Shown one piece after another: positions 27,218-63,644 of a stretch of 64,000 bases of DNA (its first letter is position 1; each line of letters opens with the position of its first letter). The translations under genes were made by a program, and so were the position numbers. The notes under the pieces are model-generated. The model saw only the letters and a program-made list of their open reading frames with translations. It did no database searches and was not told where the DNA came from. This DNA comes from Hormiphora californensis (Eukaryota; Animalia; Ctenophora): NCBI GenBank assembly GCA_020137815.1, contig CM035359.1, positions 4,154,001 through 4,218,000 of the forward strand, read 5' to 3'.

Positions 27218-28040
27218 TTTGTGGATTGATTGACCCTGTTTCACAAATGTAAAGGAGGGTTACAACACGAAAGTTAACAACTGTGTTGACCGAGCGCATT
27301 AAGGTTGTGCTGTCAAACGCTATGCCAAAAAGTTTGGTTGATTTTATACTGCAACTAAGTACCAGATGATTAGGATAGAGTACTAGTGATTGGGTGCCCA
27401 TACTTGCAGTGCAGTATACCGGACCTTGACACCGGGGTCAAACAAATGGCCGTGAAGTTTAACATCTGTCAAACACATACATTTCCAGAATACATGTGTT
27501 TACAGGGAGTGACAAATGTTAATATGGAGAAGACACGAAAAAACAACAAGTAATCAGGGAGGCATTTCTAAATGTAACAAATTGTAAAAATTAGCGAACT
27601 GAAAAAAGGAGCGATTTTTAAGAATAATGTCTGCATAAATTTAAAATGCATTGCATATGCGATTATTCGGAGTAAATTTAGATTATACCACACGCACCAA
27701 AAGTGTTATTGACTACTTAGTTAACTAGTAAAACTACAGTAACAGTGTAAAGAACAAGTGTAACATGTATCGGTATTCTCAGAAAACAGTGATTTAAAAA
27801 GACTGCTTTTGTAATGGAAATATTATGATGATTCCTTCTCTTTTTCTCTCCTACTCTCTATCTCTCTCTCTATCTCTCACGCACTCCCTCTCTCTCTCTC
27901 TTTCTCCCTCTCTTTCCCTCATACAGATTTGCATATTCGAAACTCCATGGTTACTTTGGCTGAATCATGAGCTTTCTCTACAAACAAGGCACAATTGCAT
28001 CGCTCGCCCTCCGCTCCTCGGCTCCTCCTCCGGTTTTTTA

Positions 28041-28330
28041 GGGGAAACTCTAACTGAATGGCATCCCATTGATGGGATCCCATCAACAGTAAAACTCTAA
28101 CTGATAATGGACCACAGTGATGGTTCTTTCTCTGTATTCTCTCTGTAGGCAGTACATCTATGTACTGCCTACAGAGAGAATACAGAGAAAGAACTATAGG
28201 GCATGCCCGGGCACGGGCGCGCACACAGAGAGAATATAGAGAAAGAACCATCACTGTGGTCCATTATCAGTTAGAGTTTTACTGTTGATGGGATGCCATT
28301 AATGGGATGCCATTCAGTTAGAGTTTCCCC
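28041..28330. mobile_element. Palindromic MITE, PIF/Harbinger-like
   Basis: tta|ggggaaactctaactga...tcagttagagtttcccc|taa with ~100-bp inverted arms. Confidence 0.65.
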
Positions 28331-28730
28331 TAATGAAAGTGCATTAACGCTTTTACAACTCACTTTTAAAAAAGTGTTGCAAATTATTTCTCATTTCCAC
28401 TTCCACTTAAAAAAAGTAGGTCATGAGGTGTTCTCAATATCATATCATACTGATACTGATGATTCATAGTTGAAGTTTCATCAAAATTAAAAAGGTCTCG
28501 AAGTCGGAAACTTCTACTGTACCATTCAACCTAATTTGAAACACTGAACTGCAAATGAATGATCCCCTCGAAAATGATCGAAGTTTGAAAACTCGATTCC
28601 TTATTCTCAACACAGCGAGTTACCGATTCTTAATTGAACTCAGAAAAACCCCATATCATTCCCAAGTAAAGTTTATTTTCGCTCTGCTCTTCACTTCCAA
28701 AAAATCAGAAAAAATCAGAAAAAAGAGAGA

Positions 28731-28770
<40 letters not shown>

Positions 28771-29584
28771 AAGATGAGAAAGAGAGGGAGAGATACACAC
28801 ACATATTAAAGAGACAGGGGGAGGGAGAGAGAGCTGAGAGAGGGAGAACCAATTCATTTCTCTCAGATCTTGTATTTGTGTATAACGACTTCCTCATCTT
28901 ATACAGCCATACAGTATCGTGTTTACAAGTTTTTATCCATCTTTTGCCGTCCTCTCTCTCTCCGTCCATCTCGCAATTAGCTCTCTTTCGCTTTCTTTTT
29001 CTCGTTCATTTTTCCGTTTAATAAAAACACCTATCTTTATGATCTCATGCAGGTCTGCCTCGTTTATTTGATCTTTCTCTCGCCGCTTATTATTCAGCCC
29101 AATGACAATATAAGCGGCTGATATATTTTATAGGTGGTTGTCCATCTCACGATAATTCATCTAACTTTTACTTTAATGGGAACGATTTGACTTCAAGAAT
29201 AGAGTCTGACCTCTGCAGTAGTCTGTGGTTTGGCAGTGTCGATCTGTGTCCTTGGGATTGTGTAATTACTTTTCAAAACTCTAGGAACAGTTTCTCTAAC
29301 ATTATGAGATCTTCAAGTTTTAATGAAGTCATGCCTGATCTGGAAAGTTGAGAGGTGCTTTTGTATAACTTTACTGCTTGATAATAATATAAGAAGATAA
29401 ACTCATAGCTTCTTCTCGGTGATCGATTTTATTATTTTGTTTTTGACTTTTCTTGCAACTCAATTGAAACCAATAAAGTGCCACAGTGGATGGCCTGTCG
29501 TTCCCACACTCAACACTGACAGTGATCCACGTGGGCTTAAAACATCTCTCTCTATCCCTGTCTATCTCTCACTCGCTATATATA

Positions 29585-29642
<58 letters not shown>

Positions 29643-29944
29643 CCCTCCCCCTCTGTCTATACTTTGACCTGTTGAGCTGTGTATAGTTTCTACTTACGAT
29701 AGATGTAGTAATGATCCCTAAGTTGTTGTAGTTAACAGCGTGGAGCATTATCGAATATGTGTGCTCCACACATTTGTTTGTAGCAATATCTTAGTCACCC
29801 CTCGCAGCTTGTGTATTCAACTATCATAGTATCTATATTACAATCTGTTTGGCGGTATTGAATCGATCTGAGTGTGCACTGTCTAGAAAAAAAAAACGGG
29901 GTCTGGCGTCATATATAATATTAATACAATACTACCCCACCGAG

Positions 29945-30525
29945 CAGGGACGGCGCTGGGCCTTAGGCCCAACAAGTCCCTGGGTGTCCGGGGCCAGGGG
30001 CGGTAGCCTCGGTCAGGGGGTGTGGGGGTGAAACCCCCCACAAGCAGGGTCCATGGGCGCAGCCCCGGCGGGGGTGTAGGGGGCAGAGCCCCCGCAGGCA
30101 GGGTCCAGGGGCTGCAAAATTTCGGACATTTTGAGGCGTTTTTAAACGATTTTAAGCATTTCTGAACTCCTTAGTCCTTTTGTGAAAAATGGAAAAAAAG
30201 ATGAAAGTTTTCTGATCACAAGAAAAAAACTTATCCACGCGCACACAATTTTCTGGGTGAACCGGACACCCTGGTCACGTCAAAATGCACTGTGGCACGC
30301 GGAAGAACCCTCTTTATGCTCTGCCGTGCGTTACAGGTGCGCGCAGTGCACCTGGGTGCCCGGCAGAGCTCCGGACACCCGGCTGCGCGCAAATCCAAAA
30401 TTTCACAGTTTTCACCGATTTTTTTCAAATTCTTCTTGTTTTTTTCCATTTTTTCTTCTTTTCTCTCTCCGTCTTTTTGGACTGGGTGTCCGCGGACACC
30501 CGGACACCCACGAGCGCCGTCCCTG
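29945..30525. mobile_element. hAT-type non-autonomous element
   Basis: TIR cagggacggcgct/agcgccgtccctg, perfect 8-bp TSD ccaccgag (29937-29944, 30526-30533). Confidence 0.85.
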
Positions 30526-30766
30526 CCACCGAGAGTGGTCAACTGGTTACCCAAGAGCGAAAATGAAACGATTCAAATGGTTACGCCATTAGAATCGTTT
30601 CCCTTAGTACAATACCACTACTGACGACTCGACTAAAGACCCTAAAAACTACCGTAATTGTTTTTTAATTTGTAATTAAACCACATACTTTCCCCCAGGG
30701 CAACACTAGCGCTATGTCGTGAATGATATTCTATACCAGCTATATATGCAGTAGAATGATTGAAGA

Positions 30767-33228
30767 ATGATGACGAGTTATCAAAGTTTCTTTTTTCTGT
30801 TTCTCACCCATCAGTTTCCCAGTTTATACTCCCTGCAATGTGAGTACTTTTTGAGACTTCATCAACATCTCCCCCTCCTCACCCCCTCCTCGCCCCCTCA
30901 TCACCCCCTCATCACCCCCTATTAACCCTCCTGCAGGTTGCAACACGGTAACATCAACTGCAGCCCCTCACCTCCTCACCCCCTCACCACCTCCTCACCC
31001 CTCCCTCACCCCCCGCAGGTTGCAACACGGTAACATCAACTGCAGACAGTCCGGGGGGAACAAGTACTGCTGACGTCACTAAAACAGAAAGGCCGTCCAC
31101 CTTGGCACTGTGCCTCTGGGTCACCACTACTACTAGTAGTGCCAGTAATCCCATTATCAGATACACCTCTAATGGAACTACAGTGATGTCCGTTACAACC
31201 TCATCGGTAGGATTCAAGGGAAAATGTGTTTTTTTTCAATGATACCTATACCTATTTTACCCTGTCAGAGCATTGGCCTGACCCATTCTCGTTTCTCTCA
31301 AATAGTTCTGCACGCGGAGCGCGCAAGAACTGTGGTCAGAGCATTGGCCTGACAGATTTTACCTGCAGTCTCACTTTGATCAATCAGATTTAGGGGGAGG
31401 GGAGCCACGAGAAATTCAGTCGTTTTAGAATTTCAGGATCGATTTTGCTACAGTTCGGCCGTGCAATCTCAGTTATAGGCTTCTGCAAAGCCAATTCTCA
31501 TTTCCTTGGCCTCTATCCAGAATTAATTAATCAAATCCTACAGCTGATCTGATCTCTATTTTGTAATTATAATCTTCAGCAGACCTCTTAATTACCATGG
31601 ATTAATAGTTCTCTATATCTTGCTAGCTCCGTATGTTCCTAGGCCCTATTTCTTATATCTCTCTCCCTCTCTCCCTCACTATGTCTATCCCCTCTCTCCC
31701 TAATCTCCTTTAACCTCCCTATAGGTATCCCTCGATGACACTATAGCCATAGCAGACTACACCCTAAAACCCAACACAACCACATACCTGTGTGTATCCT
31801 GGGAGGGACCCGATGTGTCCCTCTATCTGGATGGTGTACTACAGGCCCGGAATTACAGCTCCAACTTTGATACAGAGATATCCGGCAGTGGCTCATGGAT
31901 CGTTGGTAAGTGTGTTGCCATTAAAATATTATACAAATCTCTCTAATATTGCATAGTCGAATTTTAAGAACTTTTCTCAGGCCAATTATTCAATTAAATT
32001 CTCCTACCATCAAACCATGTACAAGGCGTGTACTATTATACCACGTAATGGTGGTGGGCATACTAATTTTAATTATTAGTCGGACCGTCGAAACGAATTA
32101 TACACCACACTGAACAGTTACAATACCGCACCAATTCATTCGGTTCTAAGGAAGTTCATTTTACACCGAGAAGTTATATGCTTATTTCTATTTCGACCGT
32201 CGAGGAAATAGAAATAAGCATATAATTTGAATTCTCAGTGTAAAATTAACTTCCTAATAATCAGTGGCAACTGGTAATCATAATAATTTGGGAACTATCA
32301 GGAACCGACCGAATCAAGTAAACAACCAATCAGAACTCGTTATTTAGGTCACGTGACTGGTTATTAGCCAATCAGGGACCACTATTTCCTGATTCGGTCG
32401 GTTCCTGGGAACTATCTCATCCACCCGAATTCGAATAGTCAGAGTAAAGATCCGAGCTGAGACTCTCTAGTGTTTGGTGACATGGACACCTGTGAGAGAT
32501 CGCGCGCGACTGAGATCGTTCTCACATACATTATTCGCGGAGCGAGAATAGGTTGCAATGGATCCAAGTCTTTAGTCTAGTGTCTCTCCCTCTCTAGGTC
32601 CTGGGTTAGAAGGTAGTGTGTGTGGTGTAACTGTATGGAATAGATCTCTTACCACTGACGAGTTTTACGACCAATACGAAGTGGAACAAAACAAAACCGC
32701 CGGTGAAATGGAAAGTTCAGGTATTTATAATTTGACCGTCGCGTGTATGCCAAATCCAAGACACGATACAACAGATTTGAGATTATAATAAAACTTTTAT
32801 TAAAAGCTCTTAACCAACTACGTCTATTTTATTATATGCTCAGTTTGATCTAGAAGATTGACGTAATCTAATCCTTGTGCATTAAAGTTAAAAAGCCAGT
32901 TGAGTTGTACCAATTCTAACTTTCCATATTTGAGATTTCCTGAGTAGTCCACATGATACTACTTACCATATACTTACTATATTCCTCTATTCCCTCTATT
33001 CCCTCTATTAATATATCTACCATCATATTCCCCATAAATTCCTCGAAACTGCACTGGCAGCTGTCCCTTCATTAAGATTATAAAATTCCGTTTCAGATAT
33101 AATCGATACCACGGCAGAATCTACAGTCTCCAAGAAAGATGTTATTCCTCCCGAGCAAGTCCTGGTTCACTGGGCCAACTTCTCTCACTCTGGATATGGA
33201 ATTGTAGATGACAGTTTCTGTGAAGAAG
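30767..33228 (+). CDS. Pentraxin/LamG-like domain protein, 5' part (exons 30767-30839, 31019-31206, 31725-31905, 32598-32720, 33097-33228)
   Basis: In-phase GT-AG exons. Motifs TLALCLWV, YLCVSWEG..VSLYLDG, ISGSGSWIVG, GVTVWNRSLT and VLVHWANF match the pentraxin fold. Hydrophobic N-terminus. Continues downstream (phase 1 donor). Confidence 0.72.
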
Positions 33229-36200
33229 GTAAAATCAAATTGTTACTGCTGAACTGGCTAATTAACTAATTAGTTAGGGAATAATTGGTTTAATCTGTAG
33301 AATGTTCATGACTGCAGATCATGAGACTATAATGGTAATGAATTAAGAATATCGGAGTTCGGCATCTATAAGTTCGTTGGGAAACAAAAAGTGGGATTTA
33401 CAGTGAAAAATAAGTTTTTTTTATTTTGGCCTCACCTTGACCATTTTCTTCCTTGCCCCGTTTTAATACAAAGGTTTTCCGGTTTGCGCGGGATGGTATA
33501 TGCGGTTTTTATGTAGTCGTTTGCATTGTGCTTTTGATCGGAACAGGAAGGGGGAAAGGGAGGGAGAGGGGGAGAAAAAGAAGAGAAAGGGAGGGGGGTT
33601 AGTGAGAAAGAAAGAAAGAGAGGGAAAGGGGGAGGAAAAGAAGTTGTTTTTTTAAACCCAAGTAAAAGGGACCGCATGGGGAGTGAGGGAATAAATTTTT
33701 TAATTTTATTCAATTAAAAATTTTCCAAATTTGCGTTTTAATGGAATATAGGCCCCAAAGCGTTCCCCGTGATTTTGTTTACCCCCGTTCCTGGTGAAAT
33801 CTGTTGTGGTTTTTAAAATTATCGGTATGTAAAGTGGATTTTTTTTAAAATGTTCCACCCTTTCAGCGGGCGTGTAATTTTTCGCGTGAAAACCCCCAAT
33901 TCTCTCACCTTACGCATAAAAACCCCAAATTTACCCAAAAAGAGTATAAGTTTGTGAGTCCGTAAAACTTTTGATCGACGAAACGGCCCAAGAAACAAAG
34001 GGGTGGGAGAGCCAAAAAAACCGCCAAAAAAGGGTTCCGACTGCAAATAAAACATCGCACGCCCCAGGGGGGACGTTTAAAAAATCCGATTTTAGTTGTA
34101 GGTTAAGGTAAGCGGTTAAGGGTTGACCCGTCTCTGAGGTTTTTTAAACGGGGGGCTATAGCCGCCATTTACATAAATTGACACCCTGGGAAATAGATTT
34201 CAGCGCTAAATTTTCTAGTTTACGGTATAATTACTAGTTTACCCTTGCCGTCTGCATAATAAATTGGTCGTTTCATTACATAATTGCTGTGTATCTGGGC
34301 GGGATCAGAGTATTTTGATTCCTAAACGATCTTATATCTCCGTCTAGATCTCCTATCATTCTAGGGAGTCATCCCAAAAAACCGGATGAGAAGTCAAGAG
34401 CAGGGTGATCCTCTCTGACCAAATGTTTCCCCCTGCCGGGTGGTAGGAGGCGAGCGAAGTGAGAGGCCGGGGGAGAGTTTAATATCGGAGAGGAGAGCGG
34501 GGAGGGCGGCTGGGGGCGGGCCCCGACGATTCTCGACTCGAAGGGCAGGGGCGAGAGGCGCGAGCGAGAGCCGAGAGAGCGAAAGAGGAAGGAGGGGAAA
34601 ACAAGAGCAGAGAAAAGGAGAGTAAAAAGGGGGTCGAGCGCTCTCGTCTTCTCTCCTCTCGCTCTCTCTTCTCTTTCTCTTCCGCGCATTCTATCTGCTC
34701 GCCTCTGGGGACGAAGAGAAGAAGGAGAGCATGCTACCCTCCTCCTCTTTATTCTTCTCTTGTCTTTCCCTCCCCCTTCCCCTCTCCCTATCTCTCCTTA
34801 AATTCGGCCAAATTCGGAGTATTTTAATTGGAAATGGGGACTAATGCAAGAAAATCACTGGGGGTCTGCCAAGCACTAGGGAAATCGACAAATCCGTTTG
34901 TCGATATTGAGGAAACATGGCTGAAACCGGCGAACGCTGCAGTTAGACCCTGTTTTCAAATAGTTCTGTGTACCCATTTTGTTCATAGTCCATCTTTGTA
35001 GAGCTTGCACGCTTTCGAGAGAGAGAAAAGAGAGAAAGGAGATTGAAAGGAGAGGAGAAAGCGGAGGAGAAGAAAGAGAAGGGAAAGAAGAGAAAACTAA
35101 AGAGAGAAAAGAGGATGAGAAGAGAGGGGAGAGAGATGAGAGATGAGTTGAGAGAGGAGAGGAGAGAGAGAAGGAGAGAGAGGGGGAACACGAAGGGGGA
35201 GAGAAGGGGAGGGGGAGAGAGAGAGAGAGAGAAGAGATGAGAGGAGAGGGGGAGGGAGAGAGAGAGAGAGAGAGAGGAAAAGAGAGAGAGGAGAGAGAGT
35301 GAAGGAGGGGGCCCCGGGAAAAGGAGAGAAGGGAAGGAAGAAGAGGGGAAAGAGAAGGGGGGAAAGGGAGAGGAAAGGGGAAAGCGGAAGAGAAAAAATA
35401 AGAGAGAGTGGAGACTTTTAAAAAGAATTTAGTGAAAAAGAAGATTTTCTTTTTCCCCTGGCCCCCCAAATTTGTTTTTTCAAGTTTTTGGGCTAGAAAA
35501 ATCTGAAAACGCGCAACTAAAACTAAATTTTATTTTTAAAACCCTTTTTTTCTTTTTTTTATTTCCGCTATTTTTCTGAGTCTCGCTTGTTACATATGGT
35601 TTTGAGCATCACGCTAGAATGCGAGCCATTTTGTGATTATTAACTTTTCTTGTTTAATTCATCTCAGCACCTCTAACTAACAGTGCTGCTTGTAGTATGT
35701 AACTAAGTCTAATTCCTGATTGTGATCCCCATTTTAGTCGCTTGAAGGATAATGAGGATAGGATATCTATTGACAGTACACACTCCGTGACTTGAGAAAC
35801 CTGGAAAATCAGAAATGTGAGAAGTTGTAAGATGGTGTGTGTGCAGCAGGATTTTACTACAATAATAGGAACGGACTTGCAGATATATTGGCTTGCGATG
35901 GTTTTGGGTACAGATAATTTTCATGCTATTTTCATTTTTCAAGGATCCTGTGGCCAGTAAAATTATACTAGAGTGCACCTATACAATATTGAATCTTGAG
36001 TTTACAAATACTATTTAATTAATTTTACTATTTAATTAATTATAACTGTCATCAGGGACAAAACGGGACCCTGTGAGATGCAAGTACTACTTATCTGTCG
36101 ACTGTATTACTAGCTGTATTATATTGTTTGGAAGATATAATAGAGATGTTTGGGTTTAGGTTGTTTTGGTGTGTGTAATTTGAAGAGATACGTATTGATA

Positions 36201-36547
36201 ATGTGATAAAATTTTGAAATAGAGATAGAATTGTACCGTTATTTTAATTGAGCTGCTAATTCACTGTTAACCCAAACTCTGATTTTCGAGTGTTTATCGG
36301 TGCTACACAGCCTGTTTGCTTTGGTTGTAAAAGGGTACTCAGAAAACACGCCTAGACTTGACATGTTCCCAGTCTGTCGGCTCTCACACCTGGCCTTTGC
36401 TAAGCAAATTGCTTCGGCACGGTCGCTGTGAGCCCGAAAGACAGACTGCCTAGACTTACTCCCTTCTAAGTCATTCACTATTCATTCGGATCACGGATGC
36501 CTTGCAAAAAGGCATAGGTGTTTAGAAATCTGGAACGGTATTTGGTA

Positions 36548-37109
36548 GCAGGTTCATTTGCCACAGACGCGACGCCGTCTAGACGGTACCCGTCTGTCTG
36601 GCGCCGCGACCCCATCTGTCGTTGAGAATCAAATGGGGTATGGCGCCATACAGGTACCCGTCTAGACGGGTTTTGCTCCAGACGGCGTCAAGACGGGTTT
36701 GATGCGTGCGTCAGTCGTCTGAGTCCCGTTTAGACGGCACGTCTGAAACGGTCTCTTCCCGTTTAGACGAAAGCAGACGGATAGTGATATCAGACGTGAC
36801 GGAAACCAAACCCGTCTCATTCTCAAGCACGTCTCAATGACCAATGTCGCCAAATTCCTTCCCAAGCACGTCTCAAAAACATCTAAATTTGGTGTTAAAA
36901 GTGTGTGACTTAACCACTAACCGTCTAAACGGGGTTTGGTCAAGACGTGTTTGAGGCGGGCTTAGTTTCCGTCTGATTTGGAGATTTCGTCTGGTTTCGT
37001 CCAACTCCGTCTAAACGGGTAGAGACCGTTTCAGACGTGCCGTCTAAACGGGACTCAGACGCACGTCTCAAATCCGTCTAGACGGCGTCTGCGACAAATG
37101 AACATTTGC
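36548..37109. mobile_element. MITE with many gtcta(g/a)acg subterminal motifs, carrying a nested CTGT...ACAG mini-element (36594-36653, TSD gtacccgt)
   Basis: Imperfect TIRs gttcatttgccacagacgc / gcgtctgcgacaaatgaac. Confidence 0.6.
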
Positions 37110-37480
37110 CCCACCATAAGAGCATCCCATGCACGACGTATTTCCTGAATTCGAATAAATCGATTTGCGCGCCATCCCGCGTCCAAAGTAGGACGCGCGA
37201 AGATGCCCTCACCGTCACCTCGCGCGTTCCGTCAACCGTCCTCTCAAAGTGTGCACTTTGTGGGACATTCCCAGACCTGTGATAACACACTCTCGGATTA
37301 CCCCATTCCTACCAGAAAGAACGAATGACAACACACACTGTTATGGGGATGGGTGCAAAGTGAAAACTCAAAACTGTATATAACAGCACCCTGCTCAATT
37401 TGCAGGTCAGTGTGTAGCATCACACTCCCATCCTCACACACTCCAATAATGAAAGAAAAGACAAAATAAACACAACTCTC

Positions 37481-38217
37481 TCACATAAAATCGTCCATTA
37501 GTTCCCTCTCTGCATCTTCTTCATTTTCAAATTGGTTGGATGTTGTGAGGTGAGGGTCAGTATCCATAAGTTGATAACTCCTCATCTGTTTGTCTTTTTT
37601 CTCTGCCTCCACCCTCTTCTTTTCTTGTTCCCTGATTATAGCCTGTCTCTTTTTCTCGTCTTCTCGTTCCTCCCTATCACGGCCTTCTCGTTCAGCTTGG
37701 AGATCCACCTCTCTCTCTTCTCGGGTCTTTTCTAGTTTCTTCCAAACCTGGAGAAGGGATGTTTTAAACGCTTCTTAAAATCAATTTGAGGCGGAATCCC
37801 CCTCCCTCAAAACTCGCTCGACCCTCCCCCACCCACCCCGTGAAGAGGGGGAGGGGGTACTGTTTAGAATTATACTACAGAAGGCTAAAATTGCAAAAAC
37901 ACGACTACACCGTTATACATATGTACCTCGTTGTTTTTCTCGATGTTAACTTTTATCACTTTTTTGCTTTTATGGAATCCCACCTGCCCTGCAACCATAT
38001 CACCAGTTTTCTTTAGATTGGGATAAGGTGTATATACAACATCTACTGCTGCCATTTTACACCTGGTGGGCAGTGTGTTAGTTAGTTAGTTTGTTTGTTT
38101 TTTTAAATTTGTTTGTTAGTTTGTTTGTATGTTTGTTTGTGTGTTGTCTGTTTGTCTGTTTGTATATTTGTTTGTTTGTGTGTTGTCTGTTTGTATATTT
38201 GTTTGTCTGTTTGTATA

Positions 38218-38274
<57 letters not shown>

Positions 38275-38959
38275 TCCTCTGTTTGTTTGTTTGTTTACCT
38301 ACCCTTGTATAGAGTTAGCTTTGACAAGTTGGCAACACTGATCCACTAGTTCCTCAGGAATCGCCGATACGTTTTCCCCCTTGTTGAGACGCAGGTAAAC
38401 GTGAGCGCTGGATAACTTGTCGACGTGAAACCATACATCCTCCGGCCAAGCCCATCTGAGAGGGGTGTGTTTGTGGGAGCTGAGTGGTAGAGTGTTTGTG
38501 GGGGTGGGGTAGTGTTTGTGGGGGTGGGGTAGAGTGTTTGTGGGGGTGGGGTAGGTCGGAATGGTGTCTTGCTTTATATGTGCAATATGAAAAGAAGTCA
38601 ATGTCAGCGGACTGCGTCGTAGACCACACCTTATAATAGACAACGCTTTGCAGGCAGCCAATATCGGAATATGATGGAATATGAATGGCGGCCAATAGAA
38701 CGGAGCACTACTGTAATACGCTCAAGTTAAAAAACTGGAACCTGAATGTATCAGTTTCCACGGGACAGCTGGGACACTGATATCAAGTTCCAATTTTGTA
38801 ACTGGTCCCGTTTTTCATGAAGCGATTTAGAGGAATTTTTAATCATGATATCACCCATGTAGTAGCTTACCGTAACAAGTCCTCATTCTCCATTTTATCC
38901 TTCCCCATGTATAAGGAATACTGCCTTCCATTGACAACAGTTTGAAAGTAGAAAACCAT
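37481..38959 (-). CDS. CCDC25: Coiled-coil domain-containing protein 25 (NFACT-R family); exons 38959-38871, 38455-38303, 38062-37927, 37747-37481
   Basis: MVFYF...[37 protein letters not shown]...[14 protein letters not shown]...[23 protein letters not shown]...DDFM*. All junctions are GT-AG and in phase. Confidence 0.95.
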
Positions 38960-39641
38960 CCTGAGTCACATAGAAGAGTTAAAACCAAATTCTAAAGGAC
39001 GCTCTGTCTAATTGAATTGCGGAGCACGGAGACAGTGTCAAGCGACTCAACTGTCTAAGTGGGAATCACTAAATAGAAAGAAATCGTTTTTTTGGTCTGA
39101 AAGGATAAATATATGTGTTTATTTCAATATATCAACGGACCAATAAAAATAGAGCACGCAACCAACACAAAACTCCATTTTCTGGATAAAACTCAGTGCT
39201 AGAAAATATAGAATGCCCTCTCTTTCTCTTTCTCACACACACACACACACACTAATGCTTCACTCAAAAAACAGAAACTGTGCTTCAAAAAACCCTTTAT
39301 AATGCTGTAAAATGTATAAAACTGTGCACTCTCACTCGGAAAACAATCACTCGGGGGGAAAAAACAGAAGAAAATATTGGCATGCAGAAGAATTAATAAT
39401 CAAATCACGCTGTCAAGAGATTTGTTATTATATGACGTTATATTATTTTGTACTAACTACAACAAAATATCCAAACTTAATTAAGTATATTCATGATCGG
39501 ATAATTTCAGTTTAGTTCTATATTAAAACTCTTCAAAAAGCGATGTGTAGCAATCTAGAGATTAAATAATATCATCAAGGGCCTTGCTATAAATTAACTT
39601 GTTAAAATGTTCTGATATTAGTAAAACCTCCAAGTTTTGAA

Positions 39642-61959
<22,318 letters not shown>

Positions 61960-62027
61960 CTGGAAGGGAGAGGGTGTTTTTAATTGAAACTGGGAGGGCT
62001 CTCGATGGGGATGTAATTTGGGTACAA

Positions 62028-62462
62028 TGTAGGGTATGTCTATTGTACCTGTAGGGTATGTCTATTGTACCTGTAGGGTATGTCTATTGTACCTGTAGGG
62101 TATGTCTATTGTACCTGTAGGGTGTGTCTATTGTACCTGTAGGGTATGTCTATTGTACCTGTAGGGTATGTCTATTGTACCTGTAGGGTATGTCTATTGT
62201 ACCTGTAGGGTATGTCTATTGTACCTGTAGGGTGTGTCTATTGTACATGTAGGGTATGTCTATTGTACCTGTAGGGTGTGTCTATTGTACCTGTAGGGTA
62301 TGTCTATTGTACCTGTAGGGTATGTCTATTGTACCTGTAGGGTATGTCTATTGTACCTGTAGGGTATGTCTATTGTACCTGTAGGGTATGTCTATTGTAC
62401 CTGTAGGGTATGTCTATTGTACCTGTAGGGTATGTCTATTGTACCTGTAGGGTATGTCTATT
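62028..62462. repeat. 22-bp minisatellite (tgtagggtatgtctattgtacc), ~20 copies
   Basis: Directly visible. Ends at the apparent 5' end of the LINE. Confidence 0.95.
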
Positions 62463-62611
62463 TCAGTCCTCTGTTCTCTCTCTCGCATACGTTGCTATAT
62501 TTTTGTTCCTACACTTGCACCCCCTGCAGCAGTGCTCTCCCTTTGCACACCGCTGTATATAGTGACCATAGTAAGATATATACACTAACTAAGGGGAGGG
62601 AGAGATGAATT

Positions 62612-63319
62612 ATGCCTCCAAAAACTAGGAGTCAAGCAGAAAGCAAAATGCCCCAGTCCAATCCTATTCTTGATTTGTTTTCTGGAGAAGTTGAAATTAC
62701 CTCAAAGCAACAGCTGAAAGAGAAGATAGGTAATGCCGATCTTAATGATATCCTCTTTGCTATCTTGGTAACCCACCGTGCCAGCCTTGATAGAGTTGCT
62801 GTACTAGAGAGTAGGGTTGCTGAACTAGAAGATAAGATCCAACATCAGTCTCATCTTGAGGATAGGATCCTGCGTCAGGAGGCCTACTCAGGTAGGAACA
62901 CCGTTATCTTGGCTGGAATCTCAGAGTCTGAGACTGAGACACCAGAGTCTCTTGAGCAGGAGGTGGTAACTGTACTCCAGATAGCAGACCCCACAATCAG
63001 ACTGGCCGATCTTGGAATTGTTCACCGTAATGGCAAGAAGAAGGCTAAACCTCGCTCCGTTACATGTGTTCTCACGAAAGCGAAGAACAAGGATGCTGTA
63101 ATGAGGAACAGGAAAAAGCTCAAGGACAGTTCAAGTAAAGTGGCAGCATACCACCGCATGTCTCAAGGCCTGCGACAGAGGAAGGCTGAACTGGAGGAAG
63201 TTGCTGACGTCGAATGGGTAGCTTACTCGGGACATCGACTCTTCACCGTCAAGATTACTAAGGATGGACAAGAGACTTATATCAAAAATGTTCTCAATAT
63301 AGAGGACATACAAACTTAA
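62612..63319 (+). CDS. LINE ORF1-like protein (coiled coil + RRM-like)
   Basis: 235 aa with heptads LDRVAVLESRVAELEDKI, then EAYSGRNTVILAGISE..E and IVHR...KPRSV, typical of LINE ORF1. Lies upstream of an APE ORF2. Confidence 0.75.
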   Translation: MPPKTRSQAESKMPQSNPILDLFSGEVEITSKQQLKEKIGNADLNDILFAILVTHRASLDRVAVLESRVAELEDKIQHQSHLEDRILRQEAYSGRNTVILAGISESETETPESLEQEVVTVLQIADPTIRLADLGIVHRNGKKKAKPRSVTCVLTKAKNKDAVMRNRKKLKDSSSKVAAYHRMSQGLRQRKAELEEVADVEWVAYSGHRLFTVKITKDGQETYIKNVLNIEDIQT

Positions 63320-63644
63320 CTGAGTGTTATAGCAAATTAGGCAGAGAGTGGCAGTGAACTATATTTTATCACATTCTTCTTCCTTTCTCCCTCTGCATAT
63401 AGTAGTGGGGGAATAATTAGTTCTGGAATGTGCAACATTCTTGTATTCGTGTGATTAAGATCTGAGTACAATCTTTTCATTGTACTTCTACACTCACTCT
63501 TATACATGTATACTATTTACTACTCGGTTTTAATGTGTTGAGGTACCATGATGTTACCCTCTGTTAACTTTGCCTTGCTATCCAGTAACCTAGTATATCT
63601 ATATTTATCTACTAATCTCTCCCTTTCCCACCAATGCATGTTTT

